DNA of 64,000 nucleotides from Dehalococcoidia bacterium (GTDB lineage Bacteria; Chloroflexota; Dehalococcoidia; Lucifugimonadales; UBA2985): NCBI GenBank assembly GCA_965219025.1, contig OZ244716.1, positions 7,812 to 71,811 of the forward strand, read 5' to 3'. Shown piece by piece: positions 55,121 to 64,000 of this stretch (position 1 is its first letter; each line of letters starts with the position of its first letter). The notes under the pieces were generated by a model. It saw only the letters and a program-made list of their open reading frames with translations, ran no database searches and was not told where the DNA came from. The position numbers and the translations under genes were made by a program.

Positions 55121-56055
55121 CAGACCGCCTGCCCTTCGAGGTCGGCCCAGGCCTGTCCGGTGATGCGCTCGAACGCCTCTATGTACCTGTCGCGAGTCAT
55201 GTCCACAACGTCCGGGGGCAGCTCCGGGGCAGGGGGTTCCCGGTCCCAGCCGGTGCTCAGGAGCCAGTCCCGCACGAACTGCTTGTCGAAGTTGGGCTGA
55301 GACTTGCCGGGCTCGTAGCCCGCAGCATCCCAGAAGCGGCTAGAGTCCGGAGTGAGAATCTCATCAATGAGAATCAGCTCGCCGTCCAGAAGCCCGAACT
55401 CCAACTTGGTATCGGCTATGATTATGCCCCGGGCCCTGGCTTCGTCCCTGGCGAACTCGTACACCTGGCGGCTCGTATCCTCCAGCTTCTCAGCCAGCTC
55501 CGGGCCCACCATGTCCCGCACCTCGTCCATGCTCATGGGCATGTCGTGGCCCGTCTCCGCCTTGGTGGTAGGCGTGAAGAGCGACTGCGGGAACATATCG
55601 CCCTCCCTCATGCCCTCCGGCATTGCCGAGCCGCCCACCGTGCCACTCGAACGATACTCCGCCCACGCAGATCCGGTGATGTAGCCCCGGACCACGCACT
55701 CAATGTCGATTCGCTCCGCCTTTCGGACCACCATGGCCCTGGCTGCGATCTCCGGGGCGAGGTCGTCCGGCAGAGTCGCACCTGTTGAGCCAGCTTCGAG
55801 CCTGTCTGGTTGGTTCGCCATGGCGATGAGGTGATTAGGGACTATGTGGCCCGTTCTCTCGAACCAGTAGCTCGACAGGCGTGAGAGCACCAACCCCTTC
55901 TGCGGTATGGCCGTTGGCAGCACCACGTCGAACGCCGAAATGCGGTCCGAGGCCACCATCAGAAGGCAACCGTCTCCGAGATCGAAGGTGTCGCGCACCT
56001 TGCCGCGGTGCAGCAGGTTGGGTAGTTCCGTGTATGCAATGGCATTTTCCGGCAT
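55120..56055 (-). CDS. purC: SAICAR synthetase
   Basis: RGKVRD, SDRISAFD, ECVVRGYITGS, TPTTKA, DTKLEFG, DEILTPDSSRFW, DKQFVRDW. Confidence 0.97.
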   Translation of the reverse strand: MPENAIAYTELPNLLHRGKVRDTFDLGDGCLLMVASDRISAFDVVLPTAIPQKGLVLSRLSSYWFERTGHIVPNHLIAMANQPDRLEAGSTGATLPDDLAPEIAARAMVVRKAERIDIECVVRGYITGSAWAEYRSSGTVGGSAMPEGMREGDMFPQSLFTPTTKAETGHDMPMSMDEVRDMVGPELAEKLEDTSRQVYEFARDEARARGIIIADTKLEFGLLDGELILIDEILTPDSSRFWDAAGYEPGKSQPNFDKQFVRDWLLSTGWDREPPAPELPPDVVDMTRDRYIEAFERITGQAWADLEGQAV

Positions 56056-56072
56056 GTCGATACGCTCCTCCG

Positions 56073-57368
56073 TTAGTCGTCGAGGCCCAGCCTCATGAAC
56101 GAGTCCTCGACGTATCTCATGTAGTAGTTGTAGTCGAAGATTGCCTCCAGCTCATCGCCAGGCAACCTCTCCGTCACTTCAGGTTCCTGCCTGAGCAGAT
56201 CGCGGAAGTCAGCCGACTCGTCCCACGACCTCATGGCGCAGGCCTGCACGATCTCGTAGGACCGCTCGCGGCTCAGCCCGCTCTCCAGCAGCGCTATCAG
56301 CACCCGCTGTGAGAACACGAGTCCCCTGGTCAGCTCTATATTTTGCCGCATCCGCTCCGAGTACACCCGCAGGCCACTCATTACTCGGGTGAAGATGTCC
56401 AGGATGTAGTCCAGGGCCATGCAGGAGTCGGGAAGAATCAGGCGCTCCGCCGAGGAGTGACTGATGTCCCTCTCGTGCCACAGCGCCACGTTCTCGAGCG
56501 CAGTCACTGAGTGGCCGCGGATGAGGCGCGCCAGTCCGCAGACCCGCTCCGAAAGCTCCGGGTTCTTCTTGTGCGGCATGGCGGACGAGCCGGTCTGTCC
56601 CTGACCGAACGGCTCCTCGACCTCCCTGACCTCCGTACGCTGTAGACCCCTGATCTCCGTGGCGAACTTCTCGAGGGAAGCCGCGACGAGCGCCAGCGTG
56701 GTGACGAATTGGGCGTGGCGGTCCCGCTGCACCACCTGGTTGGAAACAGGGCAGGGCGTTATGCCGAACTGGGCGCACACGCGCTCCTCAATCTGCGGAG
56801 GAACGGTGGCATACGTACCCACAACCCCGGAGATCTTGCCCACGGCAATCGTGCGGCGCGCCTGCTCCAGGCGCTCCCGCTGCCGCCGCATCTCGTCCCA
56901 CCAGAGCGCCATCTTCAGGCCGAACGTGGTTGGCTCGGCGTGGACGCCGTGGGTGCGGCCCATCATGGGAGTCTGCTTGTGCTCCACGGCCAGCTTGCGA
57001 ATCGCCGACATGAGCGCGTCCACGTCCTCCAGCAGTATGTCGGCGGCCTCCACCATCTGGAGGCTCTGCGCGGTGTCCTGGACGTCGTGAGAGGTGAGGC
57101 CCATGTGGAGCCAGCGGCCCTCGTCACCCAGCCCGCCTGTCACCGACTGGAGGAAGGCCGTCATGTCGTGGCGCGTGCGCTCGAAGACCTCGCTCATGCG
57201 TACCGGGTCGTAGCGAGCCGTGCGGAGCTTGACCATGTCGTCCGGCGGAATTGTACCTTCTTCAGCCCACGCCTCGCAGACGGCAAGCTCCACCTGGAGC
57301 CACTTGTCGTTCTTGTTCTCCTCCGACCACACCTTCTTCATGGCTGGCCGGGCATATCTGTCAATCAC
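56073..57368 (-). CDS. purB: Adenylosuccinate lyase
   Basis: GRTHGVHAEPTTFG, GSSAMPHKKNP, ALWHERDISHSSAER. Confidence 0.97.
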   Translation of the reverse strand: MIDRYARPAMKKVWSEENKNDKWLQVELAVCEAWAEEGTIPPDDMVKLRTARYDPVRMSEVFERTRHDMTAFLQSVTGGLGDEGRWLHMGLTSHDVQDTAQSLQMVEAADILLEDVDALMSAIRKLAVEHKQTPMMGRTHGVHAEPTTFGLKMALWWDEMRRQRERLEQARRTIAVGKISGVVGTYATVPPQIEERVCAQFGITPCPVSNQVVQRDRHAQFVTTLALVAASLEKFATEIRGLQRTEVREVEEPFGQGQTGSSAMPHKKNPELSERVCGLARLIRGHSVTALENVALWHERDISHSSAERLILPDSCMALDYILDIFTRVMSGLRVYSERMRQNIELTRGLVFSQRVLIALLESGLSRERSYEIVQACAMRSWDESADFRDLLRQEPEVTERLPGDELEAIFDYNYYMRYVEDSFMRLGLDD

Positions 57369-57407
57369 CCTGCACCTCTTGGGTCCGGCTCAAACGGCCG
57401 CCTGAAA

Positions 57408-57436
57408 ATGATACCCCGTTCGAATTCTCGCTACAA
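57408..57436 (-). promoter_or_regulatory. Sigma70-like promoter upstream of purB
   Basis: Minus strand TTGTAG-N17-TATCAT. Confidence 0.5.
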
Positions 57437-57475
57437 GGGAATTCGCCGAGCGATTGCACCGAAAACGGCTGGGTG

Positions 57476-58033
57476 TCAATTGCGGCTGAGCTCTTCCAGG
57501 ATCTCCTCCAGCACTGCGAGGCCCTTGTCCAGGCCCGTCACGAGCCAGCCGTCGTCTGTGCGACGCCACAGCGTGAACGCCAGGGCTTCCTCCACGGCGC
57601 CCGCGTTGCCGCGCTCCAGCGTCAGGGCAATCTCCACGGTCGCAACCTGCGCCTCGTCTGCATTCTCGGTGACTGTGGGCATGCCCTCAGCCAGATCGTA
57701 GAGCACCAGGCCGCTGCGCTGCCAGCTGACGTCGTCACCGGCGGCTGCGAGGGCGCTCGTCAGCGCCTGTGCCAGCTCCGTGCGGCCCTCCACGCGTGTG
57801 ATTGACTGCTCCGGCGCAAGGTCTGCAGGGGCGGGTCCAAGCTCCGACAGCTCCCATTGCTCAAGGGCCTTAACGGCATCGCCGCTTGCGGCGTCCGACA
57901 GGTATGCCTCGACCACCTCAGCGGGCCCTGCGGCGCCTGCGCAGGACATCAGGAGCAGCGAAAGCGCTGCCGCCGCAAGCAGCGCGAACGTTGAACGGCT
58001 AGCCTGAGGCCAGACGTTCCCTGTACTCGCCAT
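57476..58033 (-). CDS. Hypothetical lipoprotein (NTF2-like/DUF4878-like pattern)
   Basis: LLLMS|C lipobox, P.EVVEAYL, terminal DGWLV; start uncertain and overlaps the purE end. Confidence 0.55.
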   Translation of the reverse strand: MASTGNVWPQASRSTFALLAAAALSLLLMSCAGAAGPAEVVEAYLSDAASGDAVKALEQWELSELGPAPADLAPEQSITRVEGRTELAQALTSALAAAGDDVSWQRSGLVLYDLAEGMPTVTENADEAQVATVEIALTLERGNAGAVEEALAFTLWRRTDDGWLVTGLDKGLAVLEEILEELSRN

Positions 58034-58457
58034 ACGCCTTCTTGATGTCGTCGTGCTTGAGCGCCAGGATGGCTGCCGCAAGGTAGGCGGCATTTCGCGC
58101 GCCCCACGAGCCCACGGCCACGCACGCCACGGGCACGCCCGGAGGCATCTGCACGATGGAATGAAGCGCATCCACGCCGCCCAGCTGGCTGGAGGGCAGT
58201 GGTACGCCTATTACCGGGAGCGTGGACCAGGACGCCATCACGCCGGGTAGGGCGGCCGAGCCGCCCGCGCAGGCTATGATGACCTCAAGACCCCGCTCGG
58301 AAGCGTTCTTGGCGTACTCCCGTGCCTTCTCAGGCGTACGGTGCGCCGAGATCACCGACATCTCGTTCGGGACCCCGAGTTCGTTCAGGACGGTAAGCGT
58401 GTCCTGCACCATGGACTCGTCCGACCGGCTGCCTACTACCACTCCTACCAACGGCAT
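57999..58457 (-). CDS. purE: PurE (AIR carboxylase / N5-CAIR mutase family)
   Basis: VVVGSRSD, SAHRTP, LPVIGVP, SIVQMPPGVPVA, NAAYLA. Confidence 0.95.
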   Translation of the reverse strand: MPLVGVVVGSRSDESMVQDTLTVLNELGVPNEMSVISAHRTPEKAREYAKNASERGLEVIIACAGGSAALPGVMASWSTLPVIGVPLPSSQLGGVDALHSIVQMPPGVPVACVAVGSWGARNAAYLAAAILALKHDDIKKAYGEYRERLASG

Positions 58458-58458
58458 C

Positions 58459-59742
58459 TCATGCCCCCTCTTCCGTTTTGTGGATTGCTGCTATGTCCGA
58501 GCGATAGAATGCGCCGTCAAAGCTCACCTTAGCGGCTCCGCCATATGCCCGCTCCCGCGCCTCGGCCAGGCTCCCGCCGCTGCCAACAACAGTGAGCACG
58601 CGACCGCCCGAGGTCACCGCCTCCGCGACGCTTCCGTCCGCGGCGCGTGTACCCGCGTGGAACACCTCGCCGAACGAGGCCGCCTCCGACAGTCCGGCTA
58701 CCGGCAAGCCGGTCACGTATGACCCCGGATAGCCGCCCGATGCCACTACCACGCCCACGCAGGCGTCATCAGTCCACTCAATTGGTGTTTCGCTAAGCTT
58801 GCCGTCAAGCGTGGCAAGCACGATCGACGCCAGATCCGTCCTGAGACGCGCCAGCAGGACCTGTGCCTCCGGATCGCCCATGCGGCAGTTGAACTCGATG
58901 ACCTTGGGGCCGTCCTCCGTGAGCATGAGGCCGCCATAGAGGATTCCGCTGAACGGGGAATCCTCCCACGCCATCGCCCGCGCGACCGGCAGCATGACGC
59001 GTTCTCGAATGTCGCGTTCCAAAGCGTCGTTCCAGAACACCGGCGGGCTGTACGCGCCCATGCCACCCGTGTTGGGTCCGCGGTCGCCGTCGTGGGCGCG
59101 CTTGTAGTCACAGGCGGCAGCCAGCGGCGATACCGACTCGCCGTCCACGAAGGCGAAGACGCTGACTTCCAGCCCTGTGAGCCACTCCTCCACAAGCACT
59201 CTTTCCCCGGATTCGCCGAAAACCCTGTCCACCATGCACTCACGCAGCGCCAGGAGAGCCTCATCCACAGTGCGTGCCACCGTCACGCCCTTCCCGGCGG
59301 CTAGCCCGTCCGCCTTGACCACCAGGGGAGGGGAGAGCTTGCGAACGAAGCGAGCGGCGTCATCGTACGACTCGAACACCTCTGCGCGACCTGTGGGGAT
59401 TCCGTGCCTGAGCATGAGCTCCTTTGCGAATACCTTGCTGCTCTCGATGCGGGCTGCGGCAGCTGTGGGCCCGAATATGCGCAGACCCTCCGCCTGGAAG
59501 CGGTCCACGATACCCATCGCAAGCGGAATCTCCGGCCCTACGACGGTCATGTCCACGCCCAGCTCTCTCGCCGAGCGCGCCAGGCCGTCCAGGTCGGTGT
59601 CGAGTACGGGAACGTTCTCGGCGACCGCCGCGGTGCCGGCGTTGCCTGGCGCCACGTACAGCGCATCAACCAGCGGGCTGCTGCTCAGTTTCCAGGCGAT
59701 GGCGTGCTCCCGCGCGCCGCCTCCGACTACCAGAACCTTCAT
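58459..59742 (-). CDS. purD: Phosphoribosylamine-glycine ligase
   Basis: GGGAREHA, APGNAG, VVKADGLAAGKGV, GPNTGGMGAY, EFNCRMGDPE, TSGGRVL. Confidence 0.97.
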   Translation of the reverse strand: MKVLVVGGGAREHAIAWKLSSSPLVDALYVAPGNAGTAAVAENVPVLDTDLDGLARSARELGVDMTVVGPEIPLAMGIVDRFQAEGLRIFGPTAAAARIESSKVFAKELMLRHGIPTGRAEVFESYDDAARFVRKLSPPLVVKADGLAAGKGVTVARTVDEALLALRECMVDRVFGESGERVLVEEWLTGLEVSVFAFVDGESVSPLAAACDYKRAHDGDRGPNTGGMGAYSPPVFWNDALERDIRERVMLPVARAMAWEDSPFSGILYGGLMLTEDGPKVIEFNCRMGDPEAQVLLARLRTDLASIVLATLDGKLSETPIEWTDDACVGVVVASGGYPGSYVTGLPVAGLSEAASFGEVFHAGTRAADGSVAEAVTSGGRVLTVVGSGGSLAEARERAYGGAAKVSFDGAFYRSDIAAIHKTEEGA

Positions 59743-60095
59743 CGCGCCCTCCCTGAAGCCCGTCTTCCCGTGGGAGGCGTCATTCGTACGTACTCAATGG
59801 CCGATTGAAGCCAGGGCAGAATAGCATCGACGCCGTCTTCATCGACGGGAAACGACACCCAGTCTCCGAAAGGACGGCCACGCGTAGGCATGAATGGTCC
59901 GGCGAGCCCGCCGTCCAGCGCCTGCGTACGATGGGGATCGGGGAGTTTCGTTGCCACTTCACCTCTACAGTACACGGCAAACAGCCGGTCTCCAACAAAG
60001 TACCCGTGTCCTCCGAACATCCTGCGTGTCGACACGTCCGGCCACGGGAGCAGAATTGCGTCCAGGTCGCTCTGTACTGATTCGTCGTTGGTCAT
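59739..60095 (-). CDS. TfoX/Sxy N-terminal domain protein
   Basis: RRMFGGHGYFV..RLFA, aromatic W.SF; ATGA overlap with purD. Confidence 0.7.
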   Translation of the reverse strand: MTNDESVQSDLDAILLPWPDVSTRRMFGGHGYFVGDRLFAVYCRGEVATKLPDPHRTQALDGGLAGPFMPTRGRPFGDWVSFPVDEDGVDAILPWLQSAIEYVRMTPPTGRRASGRAR

Positions 60096-60179
60096 GTGAT
60101 CTGGTGGTGCCGCCCGCCTTACCCCATAATAATGGAGCGTCCAAGATATGGAGAGCCATATCAACGAGGCTTGACCAAA

Positions 60180-60983
60180 CTATCCAAAGATGCGATTGGC
60201 ATCAACATCAAAACCCGCGCTCTTCAGTTCCCTGAAAAGGCTCGTTTTCCAACCTTCTGACTCGTTGAACTCAATGTAAACCACGCCAGAGTAATCCGAT
60301 GGAATCTCTGGCGTGGCCTTTACCAAGGCACAAACCCTGTCTCGACCATATTTTCCGATAAAGTACCCAAGCTCAAAGATTGCGTTTTGCCTTGCCCGGG
60401 GTTGTAGATCATCGCCCTGAGGCCCACCCACATCATCAGGTGTAAGTAGAGCTATAGCGAAGTCCACCTCAGCCCACCTCTCAAATTTCTCGATCACCGT
60501 TAGGCCTTGAGAAGCTTGATCTTGCAATACCACTGGTTCAAGACCCAACTCTCTAAGTAAGCCCGTGACTGCGTTTCTTGTTCCGTAATCTCTGCCATGG
60601 ATTATGAAAACACGGTTTGTGTTGGACTGCCTGCTGTCCCTAGGCTCAGGCAACGGTGGTTCGGGATCGTCATCCCAATACTCCTCAACTTCATCAAGCA
60701 GAGACTGAAGTAGCGCATCGGCAGACTCCAAGCCGCTGTCGTACGCTTGTTGATGCATAAAGTCAGACCTGCGCCCCGAGACAATAAACGAAAAGAATCG
60801 TATTTCATTGAACTTCTCAACTTGATCAGAAGACTCTCCAAAGGCGTTCCTAATGGCGACTTCAGTGTCCCTTTGCCACTTCTTGAACTGGACAGATTCA
60901 ATACTCAGCTTCTTCAATTCGGGTATTTGGTTCAGCTGCCTCTGAAGGCGCTCTTTAGTGATTTCCTTATTTCGTTTGGGCAT
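60180..60983 (-). CDS. TIR-like nucleotide-binding domain protein (Cap12/PycTIR-type TIR, COG4271) with unknown N-terminal helical domain
   Basis: VFIIHGRD, LEPVVL, TVIEKFE, FAIALLTPDD, RARQNAIFELG, EIPSDYSGVVY; AT-rich relative to flanks. Confidence 0.85.
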   Translation of the reverse strand: MPKRNKEITKERLQRQLNQIPELKKLSIESVQFKKWQRDTEVAIRNAFGESSDQVEKFNEIRFFSFIVSGRRSDFMHQQAYDSGLESADALLQSLLDEVEEYWDDDPEPPLPEPRDSRQSNTNRVFIIHGRDYGTRNAVTGLLRELGLEPVVLQDQASQGLTVIEKFERWAEVDFAIALLTPDDVGGPQGDDLQPRARQNAIFELGYFIGKYGRDRVCALVKATPEIPSDYSGVVYIEFNESEGWKTSLFRELKSAGFDVDANRIFG

Positions 60984-61176
60984 AAGACTCACTCAGATCA
61001 AGCAATTCACGAGAGGCATGCGTTTGATGAGGCCTAGCTGATGCTTTGGCCCCTAGATTCCCTACACTATACGCATTGTAGGTCGCGACCTTCGTAAGAG
61101 GCAAGCCTTTGCCTCAACCTGTCTTGGTCTTATCACGCCCTTCAAGCGGTAAGGCTTGCCAGTCCTACGTCACCGC

Positions 61177-62811
61177 TCAGCCGCGTCCCCCGAACAGGTC
61201 GTCGGCGTCGCGCTCCATCTGGCGACGCATCTCGGACGCCTCAAGGAAGCCGAGCTCGCGGTAGGACTCCGCCGTGCCGTAGTCCCTGACGCGTAGGACC
61301 ACGGGAATCGGCACCGAATGGCCGAACACCAGCGACTGCTGCTTGCTGTCCAGACGGCTCAGCACGGAGCGCAGCTCACGCGCGCCGTATGTCCCGGCCG
61401 TGACGGCGTCCACGTCCCGCTCGTTGTCCAGCAGGCACACCAGCTTCGTGCCCAGCTGGCTCATGATCTCCTCGTCGATGCCGCTGGGGCGCTGGTCCAC
61501 CACGAGCAGCGTCACGTTGTACTTCCGCATCTCCCGTGCGATGTTGCCGAAGGTCGTCTGGGAGGCAACCTCTTTACTCAGGAACCTGTGCGCCTCCTCG
61601 ATGGTGATCACCAGCGGGCGCGGCTCCAGCGAGGCGTCACCCATGGCCTCTTCCTTCCGCCTCACGTAGCGCGCATGTATGCGACGCGTGAGCAGGTTGG
61701 CCACGAGCATGTACGCCGACAGGTCATGCCTGTACCTTCCGAACTCAAGCACTACGTGGATGCCTCTGTCCAGGTAGCGAAGTATCTCCTCAACTGACTC
61801 GTCCGACTCCCTCTCGGTCATGAAGTCGAACCGCCGGAAACGGCTCAGCCGGTTGTGGAGCGTGGACAGCGCCCTCTCGTTTACGTTCAGCTCCGCCGCC
61901 AGCTCGCGCATCTCCGCGCCGCCGAGGTCCAGGAACCGCCTGACCCATCGCTCCTGCCCGTAGTGCCGCGCCAGGGCGTAGGCGGCGTCTGCAGCCACCT
62001 CCGACAGGTTCAGGTTCTCGCGCAGCAGGTCGATGTCCTCCGGCTCTATTTGGTTGTAGCCCACCCGCAGCAGGTAGTCCGGCGAGACCCCGCGCCTGCG
62101 GCTGTGGTCTTCGTCCAGCGAGAACACGCCAACCCTCGAAGGGAACAGCTGCTTGATGCCCTTCACCATGCCTGCGCCCTCGGACGTTCCCATCCAGCCG
62201 TACTCGCTCTCCATGTCGAACACCAGGTTTACCGCGGCGCTCTTCTGGAGAATTCCGGCGAGCAGCAGCCGCGTGAGGAAGCTCTTTCCCGTGCCGCTCT
62301 TGCCAAAGACGCCGTTGGAGCGCGTCACAAACTCTTCCAGGTCAAGGCAGACCCGCGTCTCCATGTCCAGCGGGCTTCCGACCCAGAAGTGGCGATTGTC
62401 CTCTGCGCCGAACACCACCTGCACGTCCTCTTCTGAGGCCAGGCGTACGGGCGCGAAGTGCGGGGGCACCGTGCGGGCGGGCGAAGGGCCCTCGACGGAG
62501 GCGAGTTCGCCCTCGATCGCCAGCATGGGCAGCACCCTGAGCGTCGAGTAGGCGGCGGAGCTCGCAACCACCCCGGCGATGAGCGGGTTGGACGTGTCCG
62601 GCGGGTTGGTACGGATGGCCTCGTCCGACCACTCTAGCGCGATGTCCGTGACCACGCCGTAGAAGCGGCGGCTCTGCCCCTGAATCACCACGTGCTGCCC
62701 CAGTGCCATCTCTTCCACCGCGGTACCCGGCGAAAGTCGAACGTCCACACCGCGGGCCATTGAGCCGCCGATGACGACGCCAAGGTAGCGACCGGCTCCA
62801 TCCGGCTCCAT
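61177..62811 (-). CDS. herA: HerA-family ATPase/helicase with N-terminal HAS barrel
   Basis: FGKSGTGKS Walker A, ITIEEAHRF Walker B, REMRKY, DQRPS; ATG 62811 overlaps the upstream stop. Confidence 0.88.
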   Translation of the reverse strand: MEPDGAGRYLGVVIGGSMARGVDVRLSPGTAVEEMALGQHVVIQGQSRRFYGVVTDIALEWSDEAIRTNPPDTSNPLIAGVVASSAAYSTLRVLPMLAIEGELASVEGPSPARTVPPHFAPVRLASEEDVQVVFGAEDNRHFWVGSPLDMETRVCLDLEEFVTRSNGVFGKSGTGKSFLTRLLLAGILQKSAAVNLVFDMESEYGWMGTSEGAGMVKGIKQLFPSRVGVFSLDEDHSRRRGVSPDYLLRVGYNQIEPEDIDLLRENLNLSEVAADAAYALARHYGQERWVRRFLDLGGAEMRELAAELNVNERALSTLHNRLSRFRRFDFMTERESDESVEEILRYLDRGIHVVLEFGRYRHDLSAYMLVANLLTRRIHARYVRRKEEAMGDASLEPRPLVITIEEAHRFLSKEVASQTTFGNIAREMRKYNVTLLVVDQRPSGIDEEIMSQLGTKLVCLLDNERDVDAVTAGTYGARELRSVLSRLDSKQQSLVFGHSVPIPVVLRVRDYGTAESYRELGFLEASEMRRQMERDADDLFGGRG

Positions 62812-63404
62812 CACGGCCCGGCCCGCAGCAGTATTGACTCGACAAGGCGAAAGTCGCCCGGGAACAGCGCGGCCAGCTGCTTGCCCGCGCCGGCCAGGAA
62901 TGCCTGCGGATCGGACTGCGCGGCGACGACGTGCCGCAGGAACGCAGACACGACCTCCTCCAGCGCGGCCACGCCCGAGCCGGCCAGCAGCCTCAGGCAG
63001 TCGGTCGACGACGAGAACGCCGCCGCCTCGCCAGTTGGGCACACATGCACGAATGCGTATATGGTAGGCGGCGACGGCGGCAGGTGGTAGCGCGTCTGAC
63101 CGCCGCCAATGTGCCCTACGATCACGGCCCGAAAGTCCGTGCGCAGAAGGTGTTCGAGCTGCGGGTTGCTTCGGTACACGTCCTCCTCGGTGGCCTCGTC
63201 CTCGCCACGCGCGGTGGGCCTGCGGCTCGGATCGATGCCTCTGGTGGCAACTTCATGCACAACGCCGTACGAGGGGTATGGGCCGCCCGTCCTCACGAGC
63301 GCGCCCAGATGCGGTGCGCCGTAGAGCCTGTAGCTCTGCGCCACGAATCCGGTGGAGCTGCTTTCCACGACCTCGCCCACTCGAGCCTCGCCACCTAGAG
63401 CCAT
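62811..63404 (-). CDS. Stand-alone HAS-barrel domain protein
   Basis: VGEVVESSST.F.AQ, P.LGALV, PPTIYAFV..C; lies between nurA and herA. Confidence 0.75.
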   Translation of the reverse strand: MALGGEARVGEVVESSSTGFVAQSYRLYGAPHLGALVRTGGPYPSYGVVHEVATRGIDPSRRPTARGEDEATEEDVYRSNPQLEHLLRTDFRAVIVGHIGGGQTRYHLPPSPPTIYAFVHVCPTGEAAAFSSSTDCLRLLAGSGVAALEEVVSAFLRHVVAAQSDPQAFLAGAGKQLAALFPGDFRLVESILLRAGP

Positions 63405-64000
63405 TTCAACCTCTTGCTGCGGTCCTTCAGGGAGGTGTACACCGGCAGCTTGTGCGCGCCGAGAGCTGTCTCGACCATCACGCGGAACTCCTCGCGGTCT
63501 CCGGCCGTGACCACCGCCTGCTCGTGTGCCTCCGATATGGCAACGGGGTAGCCGTGTCCCTTCCGGCACTGGTCGACGAGGCCTGCATGCACCAGCGACA
63601 GCAGCTCCGGGGATTCGGCCACCCACTCGGGAATCTCCACCCTCGCAATCTCCGCGCCGGCGTTCATGTAGAAGAAGTGAACAGCGTGATCAGCGTAGGA
63701 CCGCTCCACAATTGACGATGTGGTTAGGTTCACGTCCGAACGTTCCCCGTCGTCCAGAAGCGCCCCGAAAACGTCCCGGTCCATGACGCCTGCGACAGCG
63801 TCGCACGGGCGCCGGCCCGAAGAGAGCGACCCGCAGTGCATGTCGCAGTTGGCAGCCTCATAGGGACAGAGACGATCGTCCAGGCGCAGGGCGTTCACGA
63901 CGTCGGCGCTCCGAGGGAGGCTGACGTAGGCCGCCAGGGCCAGGAGGCGGTCGCGGGCAAGCTCTCGCAGCCTGTCCATAGCCGGCAGGAACATGTCGTC
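63395..64000 (-). CDS. nurA: NurA-family 5'-3' nuclease (5' part beyond the window edge)
   Basis: ARVEIPEWV, GYPVAISEAHEQAVV; frame open to base 64000. Confidence 0.85.
   Translation of the reverse strand, partial: DDMFLPAMDRLRELARDRLLALAAYVSLPRSADVVNALRLDDRLCPYEAANCDMHCGSLSSGRRPCDAVAGVMDRDVFGALLDDGERSDVNLTTSSIVERSYADHAVHFFYMNAGAEIARVEIPEWVAESPELLSLVHAGLVDQCRKGHGYPVAISEAHEQAVVTAGDREEFRVMVETALGAHKLPVYTSLKDRSKRLKWL

Noticed and set aside
61177-62811. HerA as a SIR2-HerA/Nezha-type defence ATPase
   Set aside because: It is coupled to NurA and a HAS-barrel gene with host-like composition, matching the DNA-repair type.
1-64000. tRNA, rRNA, CRISPR arrays, integrases
   Set aside because: No cloverleaf or T-loop signatures in intergenic DNA, no regularly spaced repeats and no recombinase ORF were seen by eye.

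Overview
High-GC bacterial chromosomal window, most likely Chloroflexota/Dehalococcoidia (SAR202-like). This assignment is inferred from gene content (the YYY + TIGR03663 membrane pair, NurA-HAS-HerA, an ACIII-like operon), not from a search. In order, the window contains: a GT-C/flippase-like glycosylation locus; a small accessory patch (MBL hydrolase, GNAT, two DUF1801 proteins, SRPBCC and IS1182 relics); a stand-alone NuoE/F/G-like module whose FDH-like subunit lacks the Mo-ligating Cys/Sec; mutS-HAD-mutL; an alternative complex III/Qrc hybrid operon with unusual order, altered Fe-S ligands and small uncharacterised companion genes; MFS, rplS, priA, def, a probable CC-adding enzyme, higBA and an ABC-2 exporter; nrdR-nrdJ with four NrdR-like boxes; pdxA-proC-yggT; a duplicated secreted-protein pair; a his operon with an embedded Zn-phospholipase-C-fold gene (candidate new histidinol-phosphatase); a pur cluster; an orphan AT-rich TIR effector; and a nurA-HAS-herA operon cut by the window edge. 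No rRNA, tRNA or CRISPR array was seen. All family calls come from motif recognition by eye; no databases were run.
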